64,000 bases of DNA from Archaeoglobaceae archaeon (GTDB lineage: Archaea > Halobacteriota > Archaeoglobi > Archaeoglobales > Archaeoglobaceae): assembly GCA_038893835.1 (NCBI GenBank), contig JAWAQR010000001.1, positions 63,382 through 127,381 on the forward strand. The letters run 5' to 3'. The translations under genes and the position numbers were made by a program. The notes under the pieces were generated by a model that saw only the letters and a list, made by a program, of their open reading frames with translations, did not search any database and was not told the origin of the DNA. This document shows, in pieces, positions 47,702-58,595 of this stretch. Each line of letters starts with the position of its first letter. The stretch's first letter is position 1.

Positions 47702-49201
47702 TCACAGATAGATAATCTTTGCGAGAGGGATGAAAAAATTTATTGCGATCAGAAAGAGGAAGAGCCGTATGAATGCATTACTCCTTTCCAAAACTTTTTC
47801 AAGTTTTTTTAGAGTATCTCCAAGAACTCTAACATTGACTCTCGACTCAGAATACCGGAATTCTCTCTTTTCTAGCTTTAAATTCTTGCATTTTTCAATC
47901 AACTCGTCAAGAATTTTATAGTCATCAGCGCAGCTACCCGCTGGTTTGTAAGATTCCTTTAATCTTACACCCGTCTTGGAATGATTGTCTGTGGAACAGA
48001 CTATCGCTTTAAATCCGATTTCTTCGAATCTCTTTTCAACCAACTTTCTAAATTCCAATTCGACGTTGTTGGAGTCGAAGACGACTATTGCAAATTTTTC
48101 TTCGCATTCAATGAGTAATGCAGAAACGTAATTTACTATGCTTTCACTTTCTGCATTTATTTTTACAAAGGCAGATTTTATTTCAACGATTTCCGAATCT
48201 ATTTTTTCAGCGATTTTTACGAGTTCTTCTATTTCTTTCACCTCTTCAAAACTCAAATTTCCGTAAGAATTCGCATTGTGGCAATCAACGATGAAATCGC
48301 TGGAGTTGATTGAGAAGTCATCTATCCTATTTTTTCCACTAACAAATATTAATTTTATTTTATCAAAAGGGAAGCAGAAAATGTTGAAGTTTTTTCCATC
48401 AACTTTGAAAGGTTTTTTTGCCTTTAAGATTTCTCCACCACATTTTAAAGCATTTTTTATCTTCACAACATCTTCTTCGCTAACAGGATCCCTCTCATGG
48501 CTCGTTGGAGAGTGTAGATAAACTGAATCCGGAAAATTCAGCATATTTACGAGCCTAGCTCCTCCAATGTTTCTAAAAGGCCCTGGATGGAAATCTGTAG
48601 AGATAAGCTTTATCTCTCCCACGCTAAGGCATCTAATTCTTCCTTCAAAGCTTTTAGAGTCTTTTTTTAAAGTAGATTCAACGAATCTTGGATTATTTGT
48701 GAGCCAGAACCATATGAAACTTCTTATGTATTCTTTTAACCTGAAGTTCGTGGAGTCCAAATAGCGTGTGTATAAAAAGAAGAGGAGGGAAGAAATTGTC
48801 AAAAATGGTATGGAGTTTGGCTCTAGGATTAAGAATGGAATGGAGGAAATGATTGCAGAACTAATGATTCCCTTTTCAGAGCAGAAGTAGAGAACTGCAA
48901 GAAAAAGGAAAAAGACACCAGAAAAACTTCCTGAAATTAAAAAAGATAGAAATCCAAGTAAGGAAATTAGTGTTGTTAAAAAGAGTGTCCTTTTCAAGTT
49001 GAACTTTAAAGCGATCAGAAATCTGGCTGCGAAAATTGTAAGAATCAGGGAAATTATAAAAATTAGATTTCTAAAATCGAGAATGGATAAAACTATAGTT
49101 GAAATCGCAAATGCTGCCAGAGTTTTTTGGATTCCTGGCAAGACAAAAAGTTTTTTATAAAGATTTTCGGCATTCATAACTGTTTCCTTATCTCTTCCCA
49201 T
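47702..49201 (-). CDS. DUF2070-like membrane protein
   Basis: N-terminal TMs, HPGPFRNIGG, H..SHERD, VDCHN, DSNN, STDNH, C-terminal TM. Confidence 0.75.
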   Translation of the reverse strand: MGRDKETVMNAENLYKKLFVLPGIQKTLAAFAISTIVLSILDFRNLIFIISLILTIFAARFLIALKFNLKRTLFLTTLISLLGFLSFLISGSFSGVFFLFLAVLYFCSEKGIISSAIISSIPFLILEPNSIPFLTISSLLFFLYTRYLDSTNFRLKEYIRSFIWFWLTNNPRFVESTLKKDSKSFEGRIRCLSVGEIKLISTDFHPGPFRNIGGARLVNMLNFPDSVYLHSPTSHERDPVSEEDVVKIKNALKCGGEILKAKKPFKVDGKNFNIFCFPFDKIKLIFVSGKNRIDDFSINSSDFIVDCHNANSYGNLSFEEVKEIEELVKIAEKIDSEIVEIKSAFVKINAESESIVNYVSALLIECEEKFAIVVFDSNNVELEFRKLVEKRFEEIGFKAIVCSTDNHSKTGVRLKESYKPAGSCADDYKILDELIEKCKNLKLEKREFRYSESRVNVRVLGDTLKKLEKVLERSNAFIRLFLFLIAINFFIPLAKIIYL

Positions 49202-50616
49202 AGCCCATTTATCTTAGCCTTTACTTCTTCAGACATTTCAACGACTTCTGGCCATTCTCTTTCATATCCCTCTTCTCTCATCTTCTTCGTCGCATCTATT
49301 CCAAGCTTTCCCGCCAAACATTGTATATAGGCTGAATGATCCAACGCATCTGTTGGGGAGGGAGGAAGAAGCAACGCATCTCTTGCCGGATCAAATCTCG
49401 TGGAAATAGCCCAGAGAACTTCGCCAATGTTGTGAACGTTTATGTCCTCATCCACTACGATTATGATTTTCGTTAGAGAGAGCATTCCAAGACCCCAGAG
49501 AGAGTACATTACCTTCTTTGCCTGTCCAGGATAACGCTTTTTTATCGATACAATCGCAATTCCATGAAATCCTCCCTCTACTGGCAGATTCATGTCCACA
49601 ATCTCGGGATTTAAAAACTTTATCAAAGGTAAAAAAATCCTTTCAGTTGCCTTTCCAAGCCAGGCATCCTCCATAGGCGGTTTACCAACTATTGTTGCAT
49701 GATAAATCGGATTCTCTCTATGCGTTATGTTTTCAATATGGAAAACAGGGTAAGGTTCTGGGGGTGTATAGTAGCCTGTGTGATCTCCAAATGGCCCTTC
49801 AATGCGGAGTTCATCAACTCTAACAAATCCTTCAAGCACGATTTCAGCCGTTGCTGGAACCATTAAATCTACAGTCTCGCATTCCACCATCTCAACCTTT
49901 TCCCCCCTTAAAAATCCAGCAAATGCAAATTCGCTCACGCCCTCCGGAACAGGAGCTGTTGCTGAGTATAGAACAGCTGGATCTACGCCTATTGCGACTG
50001 CTACCTCAATTTTATCCATTCCCATATCCTTAGCTTTCCTCAAATTCTCTGCCCCATGTTTGTGAACTTGCCAGTGCATTCCTGTAGTCTTTTCATCAAA
50101 TACCTGCATTCTATAAACCCCTGCATTCAGCTCACCACTTATTGGATCTTTTGTTATCACTACTGGAAGAGTTATAAATCTACCACCATCCTTAGGCCAG
50201 CACTTTAAAATCGGGAACTTCTCAAGACTTTCAGCCCTCTTTTCTTGGCACGGAGCATTTTTAACTTTTTTTGGAGACATTGAGAGCAAGTCCTTGAAGT
50301 GTTCAATACTCCTGATCGCATCAAAAATCGAGGATGGTCTCTTTTTAAGAATCGAAATAATCCTATTTCCTATTTCATCAAAACTCTTAACTTCTAGAGC
50401 CATCAACATCCTTTTTTCACTACCAAAAACGTTCGTTAAAACGGGAATAGAATAACCCTTAGGTCTTTCGAAAAGAAGAGCTTTACCACCTTTTTTAACA
50501 ACCCTGTTTGTAACTTCCGTTATTTCTAGAATTGGACTCAATTCTGTATTTATTCTGGCAAGTTCATTCTCCTTTTCAAGTCTTTCCATGAACTCTCGAA
50601 GGTCTCGATAGGGCAT
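49174..50616 (-). CDS. ubiD: UbiD-family (prFMN) decarboxylase, menaquinone-pathway type
   Basis: DLREF, WPKDGGRFIT, NAGVYRMQ, EGPFGDHTGYY, GIDATKK. Confidence 0.88.
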   Translation of the reverse strand: MPYRDLREFMERLEKENELARINTELSPILEITEVTNRVVKKGGKALLFERPKGYSIPVLTNVFGSEKRMLMALEVKSFDEIGNRIISILKKRPSSIFDAIRSIEHFKDLLSMSPKKVKNAPCQEKRAESLEKFPILKCWPKDGGRFITLPVVITKDPISGELNAGVYRMQVFDEKTTGMHWQVHKHGAENLRKAKDMGMDKIEVAVAIGVDPAVLYSATAPVPEGVSEFAFAGFLRGEKVEMVECETVDLMVPATAEIVLEGFVRVDELRIEGPFGDHTGYYTPPEPYPVFHIENITHRENPIYHATIVGKPPMEDAWLGKATERIFLPLIKFLNPEIVDMNLPVEGGFHGIAIVSIKKRYPGQAKKVMYSLWGLGMLSLTKIIIVVDEDINVHNIGEVLWAISTRFDPARDALLLPPSPTDALDHSAYIQCLAGKLGIDATKKMREEGYEREWPEVVEMSEEVKAKINGLWEEIRKQL

Positions 50617-50686
50617 AAAGTTAGGATGATTTTAAAAATATAACCCATGCAAAAGCTATTTAACGCATTCGATCCAAATATGCAAA

Positions 50687-51904
50687 ATGAAAGTTGCAAT
50701 TATTGGTGCAGGATTGACTGGGTTAAGATGTGCAAAAGAGCTGTCTGAATTCGTAAAAGTCAAGGTTTTTGAAAAGAACTCTCCTGGTGGTCTTCTTTCA
50801 AGTTTTCGCAAGGAATATTACATTGAGAAGTTTTATCATCATGCATTCAAAACGGATTCGGAGCTATTGAGTGTTATAAAAGAGCTGGGTCTGGCTTCAA
50901 AATTGGTTTGGAAAACTGTAAAAGTTGGTATTGCTAAAGAGGGGAAAATTTACTCACTCAGTACACCAATGGAAATTCTAAAATTCCCTTACATGAGTCT
51001 AATAGAAAAGTTTAAACTTGCGATTTTCACACTGAGAAGTAAGAAAAGAAATTTCAAGGAATTTGACGAAATAGGTGCAATTGAGGCGATAAGAAAAGAG
51101 CTTGGAGAAAATTTACTTAGGAACTTTTTCATTCCAATGTTAAGGGCAAAATTTGGCGAAAATGCAGAAGTTGTTAGTTATGCCTGGCTTCTTGCACGTG
51201 TTGCAATAAGGAGCAACAGAAAGTTGAAGGGGGAAGAAATAGGTTATTTAAGGCACGGATTTTATCAGCTAGTAGAAAAATTGAGCGAAGATATAGAGGT
51301 TTTAAATGAAAGAGCGAAGATCACTTTTAATGGAAAATGGAGCGTAAATGGAGAATATTTTGATGTAATCGTTTTTACAGCTCCATTACCGGAGCTTGGG
51401 GAGTTTAGAGAGAGATTTGGAATTCCTGAAGTGAAATACCAAAGCTCGATTTGCGCTTTGCTTTCTTTAAAGCAAAGCATTTCTGACGTTTACTGGATTA
51501 ACGTTGATGGAGCATCTTTTGGAGCGATAATAGAGCACACGAACTTCATGCCCCTCGAAGATTATGGAGAAGTCCTAGTATATCTTGCCAGCTACTCAAC
51601 GCCAGAAAGCGAGTTATTCAATTCACCAGATTCGGTGATAGAAAAGATATTTTTGAGGGATTTACAAAAATTTGGAATTGGTGAGAAAGATGTAAATTGG
51701 ATCAAGATATTTAAAGCGAAGTTCAGCTCTCCAATATATGAAAAGGGATTCTTAAAGAAAATAACCCCCTATAAAGTTTACGATGGTTTTTATGTTGCAG
51801 GTATGACTTCTAGACCGAACTATCCGGAGAGAAGCATGAATGGAAGTCTGATTGCTGGAAGAGAGGTTGCTGAGGAGATAAAGAAGGATTATGGTTTCAA
51901 ATGA
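50687..51904 (+). CDS. FAD-dependent oxidoreductase (protoporphyrinogen/amine oxidase-like)
   Basis: GAGLTG, GGL, IEKFYHH, IIEHTNF, YPERSMNG. Confidence 0.8.
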   Translation: MKVAIIGAGLTGLRCAKELSEFVKVKVFEKNSPGGLLSSFRKEYYIEKFYHHAFKTDSELLSVIKELGLASKLVWKTVKVGIAKEGKIYSLSTPMEILKFPYMSLIEKFKLAIFTLRSKKRNFKEFDEIGAIEAIRKELGENLLRNFFIPMLRAKFGENAEVVSYAWLLARVAIRSNRKLKGEEIGYLRHGFYQLVEKLSEDIEVLNERAKITFNGKWSVNGEYFDVIVFTAPLPELGEFRERFGIPEVKYQSSICALLSLKQSISDVYWINVDGASFGAIIEHTNFMPLEDYGEVLVYLASYSTPESELFNSPDSVIEKIFLRDLQKFGIGEKDVNWIKIFKAKFSSPIYEKGFLKKITPYKVYDGFYVAGMTSRPNYPERSMNGSLIAGREVAEEIKKDYGFK

Positions 51905-54900
51905 TCATCTTATCTGCTTAATCTCCTCATACAGCTCTTTCAGTGCTTCTAAATAATCTACTTCACCCCTTTCTATTGCATCCATTTTTTCCTCCAAGTT
52001 TCTCGTTCTATTTTCTGAGATGAATTTCTCGTATTTTGAAACAAGGTAATTGTAGACTTCTATTCCATCTTTTGTTGGAATCAGTCTCCCATTTTTCTCA
52101 AATATGTATCTCCTCGTGAATAATTTTTCAAGTATCACGGAATACGTTGAAGGCCTGCCGATTCCTTTTTCCTTCATCAGCTTTATTAGATCTGCTTGGG
52201 TTAAAAGTGGGACAACAGGAACTTTTCGCAATTCAACTTTTGTTCTGTAAACTCCTGGCACTATATCTTTTCTCACCCAGACGGATTTAAAGAGCTCATA
52301 GGCCTTTCCTTCTGCTTTCACTATTCTCTCCTCTTCAAAAGATTTTCCATTTACAGTAATCCGGAACTTTTTAACCACAACATCAAATTCCCTGCACTGT
52401 GAAGCCATGAATCTGCGGAAAATCAGATCATAGAGTGCAAAATGACCCCAGCCAAAACCTTCTACAGTGAGAATACCTTCATATATCAATCTTTCGAGCG
52501 TGTTCCTGTCCACAGCCCTAGTTGGACGAATGCATTCATGAGCGCCTTCAGAGAACCATTCTCTACCATGGTAGTGCTCCTTTAAATATTCCCTAGCTAT
52601 ACTCATCCCGACCTCGCTGACCCTTGTTGAATCCGTTCTGTGATAAGTTATCAAACCGTTCTCAAAAAGTTCCTGAGCTATCTGCATTGTCTGCTTTGCA
52701 GACATTTTAAGTATTCCATTTGCATCAAAAAGCAAAGAGTTAGTTGTATATGGAGGAAGTGGAGTTCTTTTTTCAATTCTCTCTTCCAACAGTTCAACCT
52801 TTACTTCTACTTCTTTTTCCGCTATGTCTAACTCCAGCAAAAGATCTAGTTCCTGTAAAAATGCCAATCTTCTCTTCTTCCTCGACTCTCTATATCTTTC
52901 TATTATCCATCCAAGAGCTGGAGTTTGTGCTCTTCCAGCGGATAAATTCTTCCTACCAAAGAAATTCTGGAGCTTCTGACTCAACTCAAACCCTATCCAT
53001 CGATCCTCAATCCTTCTAACCATCTGTGCCTTTACTAAGTTTAGATTCGGTTGCTTTAGATTGTTTAAAGCTTCTGTAATAGCCCTCTTAGTTACTTCAT
53101 GGAATTCAGCTCTCCTTATTTCTCCACAAAGTAAGCAACGCAAATCCCAGCAGATTTTTTCCCCTTCAGCATCTGGATCTGTGCCTATGATGATCAGATC
53201 AACTTCTTCAGCTATTTTTCTTAGCGTCGAGATTATCCTGTAGGAATCATCATAATCTTCACTCCTGCATTTCGGACAAAAGCTTTCCGTAAACTGATTC
53301 CCACATCTTCTGCATCTCTTTATCGTCGTATAAATTGGAGTAAATCCTTCCACTCCATGAAAGCCCCTGTTTGTAACCAAATCCGTTAGATGCCCCAGTG
53401 TCGATGTTATGAGAAGTAGGTATTTTTCCGTAGGCACTTCATAAATCGGAATAGAGTCGACAAATCTTATTCCTGGTTTGCCAAAGAATCTTGCTATCTG
53501 CTTGGCCTTTGTCGGACTTTCAACTATGAAAAGGGCAGGTTTTATCAGGCTTAGCTCCTTCTTTACTTTTCTACTCTCCTCTATTTCTCTTTTTAGCTTT
53601 TCCAAATCTATTTCCCTGAAACTTTTGAAACTTATGTCAAAAAACTTTGCCCTTTCAACAAAAGCATTCAAAAGTTGCTCATCTTTCTCAAACAAAAAGC
53701 TTGCCCCTTTCGTTAATCCATTAACTGTAAGCCTTGAAGTTCTACCTGAGGCTTGTAGATACGTTCTTACATCTGGAAAGATTATTTCTCCCTTTCTAAC
53801 AACCGTATCCCTTGCCAAAACTTCCCTTTCATTCATCACTTCCTTCAAAGCATTTCTAACTTCGTTTGCAATTTTTTCCACAAATTTCAACTTTGGAATG
53901 AACTTCGCAATCCTTTCATCTTCACTATAAAGATGAGCGAGGACCCTGAGCAGAGAAGGTGAAATTCTATCGATGTCATCAACTCTAACTCTATACGCAG
54001 GACAGCCTGTAAAAATTGCGAATTTTATCTTTTGCGGTAAATCCAGCCCCCTTACAAGGGCTCCATAGTGATGGGCGGTTCCAATGAGATGTTTTAGTTC
54101 CCCTTTAATAAAGAGTTCAAAATCTCTTGAATCCTTCGAAGTTACAATTCCAACTTTAAAATCCTTTAACCTTTCCTTTAGCTCTTCACATTCTTCAACG
54201 CTCCTCGCATATATTATTCCACCCTCACCAAATCGTTCAAGAATCTCCTCTAGGCTTGAACCATTCGCTATTATATCTTCAATATTTCTAAGGAAGAACT
54301 GGGAAGATCCAATGCTGAAGTTCAGATATTTTCTGAACAGCTCAGCTTTTCTCCCAACTTTTGCAGTTGCTGTGGATACTACGAGGACGCCTCTGTTTTC
54401 AATATCCAAGAGCTTCAATATCCTTTCGACGTTTTTTGAAGCTTTTAAAACTGCGTCCACGTCATCTACAAAGATGAAATCGAACTTCATTCCGTTCATT
54501 TTTTCAAAATTTTTTGCAAGAAATTGTGAAGTTGTGATCAGAATATTGTATTGGTTCAGTTTTTCTAAAAAATCCTCTTTTAATACCTCTGAATGGTAAA
54601 AACCAACCGAAATTTCTCCAATTTCATTAAGAGCTAGTTTTATTCCAACTTTACTAGCGTAAGATTTCAGAATTTCTACGGCCTGCTTGACCAAGAGAGA
54701 AGTTGGGAAAATTATGTAACTTCTTTTCCCCATCTTTGCAAGGAAAAGAGATATTGCCAAACCAAAAGAAGTCTTTCCTATACCAGTGGGAGCAACTAAT
54801 GAGAAACTTTCACCGCGAAATATTCTTTTTGCCCACATTCTTTGAATCTCTCTCAGCGGTGCAACGCATTTTTCGAAAAATTTCTCAAATTCGAGTTCAC

Positions 54901-55006
54901 TTTCTTCACAGATTCTTTTCCCCTTTGTTAGGCAGAACCCTTTTTCTATTTCCTCGAATCTCAAATCCCCGTTACATATCGGACATAGATTTTCATATAT
55001 GAGCAC
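51905..55006 (-). CDS. rgy: Reverse gyrase (probable GTG start at 55006; ORF track extends to 55048)
   Basis: N-terminal CPIC Zn finger, APTGIGKT, DDVD, QASGRTSR, IVESPTKA, DPDAEGE, SAGRAQTP, ITYHRTD, GIGRPSTY. Confidence 0.97.
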   Translation of the reverse strand: MLIYENLCPICNGDLRFEEIEKGFCLTKGKRICEESELEFEKFFEKCVAPLREIQRMWAKRIFRGESFSLVAPTGIGKTSFGLAISLFLAKMGKRSYIIFPTSLLVKQAVEILKSYASKVGIKLALNEIGEISVGFYHSEVLKEDFLEKLNQYNILITTSQFLAKNFEKMNGMKFDFIFVDDVDAVLKASKNVERILKLLDIENRGVLVVSTATAKVGRKAELFRKYLNFSIGSSQFFLRNIEDIIANGSSLEEILERFGEGGIIYARSVEECEELKERLKDFKVGIVTSKDSRDFELFIKGELKHLIGTAHHYGALVRGLDLPQKIKFAIFTGCPAYRVRVDDIDRISPSLLRVLAHLYSEDERIAKFIPKLKFVEKIANEVRNALKEVMNEREVLARDTVVRKGEIIFPDVRTYLQASGRTSRLTVNGLTKGASFLFEKDEQLLNAFVERAKFFDISFKSFREIDLEKLKREIEESRKVKKELSLIKPALFIVESPTKAKQIARFFGKPGIRFVDSIPIYEVPTEKYLLLITSTLGHLTDLVTNRGFHGVEGFTPIYTTIKRCRRCGNQFTESFCPKCRSEDYDDSYRIISTLRKIAEEVDLIIIGTDPDAEGEKICWDLRCLLCGEIRRAEFHEVTKRAITEALNNLKQPNLNLVKAQMVRRIEDRWIGFELSQKLQNFFGRKNLSAGRAQTPALGWIIERYRESRKKRRLAFLQELDLLLELDIAEKEVEVKVELLEERIEKRTPLPPYTTNSLLFDANGILKMSAKQTMQIAQELFENGLITYHRTDSTRVSEVGMSIAREYLKEHYHGREWFSEGAHECIRPTRAVDRNTLERLIYEGILTVEGFGWGHFALYDLIFRRFMASQCREFDVVVKKFRITVNGKSFEEERIVKAEGKAYELFKSVWVRKDIVPGVYRTKVELRKVPVVPLLTQADLIKLMKEKGIGRPSTYSVILEKLFTRRYIFEKNGRLIPTKDGIEVYNYLVSKYEKFISENRTRNLEEKMDAIERGEVDYLEALKELYEEIKQIR

Positions 55007-55057
55007 GCTTGCAAGTTGAGGATGGGGAATAAATACCTTTATTTTCAAATTTAATGC

Positions 55058-56149
55058 GTGATTCTAATAGTTGGCGCCGGTCCAGCAGGGTCACTTTCGG
55101 CCATGCTGTTGGGTAAAGAGCGAGATGTTATAATAGCTGAGGAACATCAAACAGCTGGATTTCCCGTTCAATGCGCTGGCCTGATAAGTGACAGGAGTTT
55201 TGAAAGATATAAGAAATACTGCAATGTAAAAAAGGCAGTTGAAAACGAGATAAGGGGTGCTCTATTTTTCTCACCTTCTGGGGACTTTTTTGAAGCTATG
55301 GGAAAAGCATTCGTTGTAGAAAGAAAAATCTTTGATGAAATGCTTCTCATAAAAGCCTCAGAATTCGCGGAGATATTTGTTAAGAGTAAGGTGAAATTCA
55401 GAGGGAAAAAAGCGCTTGTTGGAAACCTTGAACTCGAACCTGAATACATAGTTGGAGCAGATGGTGTAAATTCAGAAGTTGCAAGAACTTTTGGATTTGA
55501 GAGACCATCCTTTTTTTCTGCAGTTCAAATAGAGACGAGATTTGAGGCTATTGATGAAAACTTCGTCGAAATATACCTGGGTAGAAATTACAGTGAATTC
55601 TTTGCTTATGCAATTCCAATTTCAGATACTGCGAGGATCGGAGTTATTGCAAGGAAAAATACCATGGTTTACTTAAAAAATCTCCTTGAGAAACATCCCT
55701 CAGTTTCCAAAAGGTTGAAAGGAGGAATTATAGAACTCAACTCTGGATTAATTCCAGCAAATCTGGTCGATTTCGTAAAGGATAGAGTGGCGTTGATAGG
55801 TGACTCAGCTGGAATGGTAAAGCCTTATTCTGGTGGAGGGCTATATTATTTGCTCATTGCTGCGGAAAAACTGTATGAAAATTTTCCAAATCTTAAAAAC
55901 TACAAAAAAGCATTTTTAAAGGAACTTGGAATAGAAATTGCAATTGGAAAAAGAATTAGGAGACTGTATTGGTTGAGAGATGATGAGCTGGAGAAAATAG
56001 TCAAAGCTCTCAAGGACTTCGATTTTTCGGGATTACACATGGATAAGCCCTCAGATATTCTAAAGCTGGAGAACGTTATTAAAGCTCTCAAACTCATAGC
56101 AAAGCATCCCTTTTTGGTTAAAGTTGGAATAAAGATTTTAAGAAGTTAA
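55058..56149 (+). CDS. Geranylgeranyl reductase-family flavoprotein
   Basis: GAGPAG, PVQCAG, GADG, IGDSAGMVKPYSGGG. Confidence 0.85.
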   Translation: MILIVGAGPAGSLSAMLLGKERDVIIAEEHQTAGFPVQCAGLISDRSFERYKKYCNVKKAVENEIRGALFFSPSGDFFEAMGKAFVVERKIFDEMLLIKASEFAEIFVKSKVKFRGKKALVGNLELEPEYIVGADGVNSEVARTFGFERPSFFSAVQIETRFEAIDENFVEIYLGRNYSEFFAYAIPISDTARIGVIARKNTMVYLKNLLEKHPSVSKRLKGGIIELNSGLIPANLVDFVKDRVALIGDSAGMVKPYSGGGLYYLLIAAEKLYENFPNLKNYKKAFLKELGIEIAIGKRIRRLYWLRDDELEKIVKALKDFDFSGLHMDKPSDILKLENVIKALKLIAKHPFLVKVGIKILRS

Positions 56150-57453
56150 AACTTTAGGGTTCTTGCAGATATTATAATCGGATCCCATATTGGAGTTAAA
56201 GGAGGAGCATAGGCCAAGTCTGAGAAAAATACATCTTTTGTCCTGAAACCAGCTTGAATCATCACTGAAAAAACGTTTATCCTCATTGCGACTTCACTTC
56301 CAACAGCTTGTGCCCCCAAAATTCTGCCCCCTTCCTCTGCTATCACCTTCAAAGTGATGTCCTTTCCACCAGGATAATAGTGGACCCTTGTTTTTGCCTT
56401 TATAACAGTAGATCTGACTTTGAAACCTTCAGCTTTTGCAGCTTTTTCGCTAAGACCAGTAGATCCTATTTCGAGCTCGTAGAATTTTGTCAATTGGGTT
56501 CCGAGAACTCCTGGAAATTCCAGATTTCCACCAGCCATGTTAACTCCGGCAACGTATCCCATTTTATTCGCAGCTGGAGCAAGTGGAATCCAGACTCTTT
56601 TTCCCGTAATCATGTGCTTCGTTTCCGCACAGTCTCCAGCTGAGAAAACGTTTTCAACACTGGTTCTCATCTTTTCATCAACCCATATTGCACCAGTTTC
56701 ACCGATCTTGCAACCAAGCATTTTAGCCAGCTCCACATTCGCTTTAACACCAGTAGCAACTATTACTAGGTCACAATCATAAATTCCCTTATCCGTTACA
56801 ACCCTTTCAACTCTATCTTTACCCTCGAAAGCTTCAACTCTCTCATTAAGCCTTAAATCTACTCTTTTTTCCATTTCTGCCTTTACAATTTCTGCAATTT
56901 CCTTATCCAGATTAGAAAGGGGTTGATCTAGAAATTCAAGCACAACTACCTTTTTTCCCAAAGCTGAAATAGCTTCGGCCATTTCAACGCCAAGATAACC
57001 AGCCCCAACTATTACAACTTTCCTAGCTTCTTCCACCATTTTTCTCAGTTTTTCAGCATGAGCTGGATGTCGAATAGTCACTATTCCGTCGAGTTCTACC
57101 CCTTTTATCTTAGGCAATTTCGGCAACGCACCTGTTGCGATCAAGAGCTTGTCCCATTCATATTTCTTTTCTTCTCCATTTTCTCTAACCCTCAAATAAC
57201 CTTCTCCCGCCTCAACAACCTTCGCATTTATCCTTACATCAATCCCCCTCTCTTTTCTGAAGAACTCTGGTGGATAGTACATCAAATGTTCAGCCTTGCT
57301 AACTCCTTCAACAACGTATGGAATTCCACATGGTGCATGGCTTACAAAGTTTGTTTCTTCGAAAACTATTACTTCCCAGTCAGGTCTCATTGCCTTTATT
57401 CTGGATGCAGCAGTCATTCCAGCTGCTCCACCACCAACGATCAAAACTTTCAT
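56146..57453 (-). CDS. cdr: CoA-disulfide/persulfide reductase (NADH oxidase family)
   Basis: GGGAAG, SHAPCGIPY single catalytic Cys, GAGYLG, AGDC, YYPG, YAPP. Confidence 0.85.
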   Translation of the reverse strand: MKVLIVGGGAAGMTAASRIKAMRPDWEVIVFEETNFVSHAPCGIPYVVEGVSKAEHLMYYPPEFFRKERGIDVRINAKVVEAGEGYLRVRENGEEKKYEWDKLLIATGALPKLPKIKGVELDGIVTIRHPAHAEKLRKMVEEARKVVIVGAGYLGVEMAEAISALGKKVVVLEFLDQPLSNLDKEIAEIVKAEMEKRVDLRLNERVEAFEGKDRVERVVTDKGIYDCDLVIVATGVKANVELAKMLGCKIGETGAIWVDEKMRTSVENVFSAGDCAETKHMITGKRVWIPLAPAANKMGYVAGVNMAGGNLEFPGVLGTQLTKFYELEIGSTGLSEKAAKAEGFKVRSTVIKAKTRVHYYPGGKDITLKVIAEEGGRILGAQAVGSEVAMRINVFSVMIQAGFRTKDVFFSDLAYAPPLTPIWDPIIISARTLKF

Positions 57454-57486
57454 AGTAAAAGTTCGTGGAAGATATTTAACTTTTTG

Positions 57487-57812
57487 TCATATGTAAAATT
57501 TTGCATGCTTATCCGGTACAATGACTGCGGAGTAATCCCCATCGTCTTTTTGGTAAAGATCACAATAGCATCGGCCAAAAGTTTTTATGTCTTACTCAGC
57601 ATAAACGCAGGACGGATTATCAGTCTATCTATTTCCCTTTTCCCAGTTGCAAGTCTGCATGGACAGATTGCTAAGCCAAATTTTTTGTTCTCAATTAAAC
57701 CTCTAGCAAAATCCTTCAAAAGCTCTTTATCTGGGTTCAATTTCCAACCTCTATGTTTTGCTATTTTTCGAATATTTTGATATATTTTTCCATCAGTTTT
57801 GGATTCGGCCAA
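57487..57812 (-). pseudogene. Ferredoxin-thioredoxin reductase catalytic subunit pseudogene
   Basis: KLNPD..GLIENKKFG..CPCR, then IIRP (degenerate CPC), a frameshift, CVYAE*DIKTFGRCYCDLY..VPDKH. Confidence 0.8.
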
Positions 57813-57854
57813 AAATACTCCTAAACTTTTTTAATCTGAAGAAAGATTTAAAAC

Positions 57855-58595
57855 ATGCTCAGAATCGTTAACCTCAGCGTTGAGGTAGATGGGAAAAAAA
57901 TTTTGAAAAACGTGAACCTTTACATTAAGAAGGGCGAAACTTTTGCCCTCTTTGGTCCAAATGGTAGCGGAAAATCGACACTTCTAAATGCAATAATGGG
58001 AAATCCGAACTACAAAATAGTTGGGGGAAGGATAATATTTAAAAAGGTTGATATAACCAACTTACCCCCAAATGAAAGGGTTAAGCTTGGAATAGGAATG
58101 GCCTTTCAAAATCCTCCAAAAATAGGTGGAGTAAAGCTAATAGACTTGTTAAAACACTGTGCAAAGCTTTCTGGCAGAGAGGGAATGATAATGGAATTAG
58201 CGGAAAAACTTAAGATGGTTGAACATCTGAACAGATCCATAAATCTCGGCTTTTCTGGTGGAGAAATGAAGAGGTCTGAAATACTTCAACTAATGCTGAT
58301 GAATCCGGACTTTGTCCTTTTAGATGAGCCCGACAGCGGAGTTGACCTTGAGAACATCGCAATAATTGGACAGGCGATAAGAGAATTGCTGGAAAGGGAT
58401 AGGGAAGACAGGGAGAAGTCTGGGATAATAATAACTCATCAAGGTCATATCTTGGATTACGTAAGCGCGGATTATGGAGTTATCCTTTACAATGGAAAAG
58501 TTGCATGTGTCGGCGATCCAAAGGATATACTAAATCAAATTAGAAAAAATGGATATGCGGGGTGTTTGGCTAAATGTCTGAAGGATATGACATAG
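57855..58595 (+). CDS. sufC: Fe-S assembly ATPase SufC/SmsC
   Basis: GPNGSGKS, FSGGE, LLDEPDSGVD, ITH, C-terminal CLAKC. Confidence 0.92.
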   Translation: MLRIVNLSVEVDGKKILKNVNLYIKKGETFALFGPNGSGKSTLLNAIMGNPNYKIVGGRIIFKKVDITNLPPNERVKLGIGMAFQNPPKIGGVKLIDLLKHCAKLSGREGMIMELAEKLKMVEHLNRSINLGFSGGEMKRSEILQLMLMNPDFVLLDEPDSGVDLENIAIIGQAIRELLERDREDREKSGIIITHQGHILDYVSADYGVILYNGKVACVGDPKDILNQIRKNGYAGCLAKCLKDMT

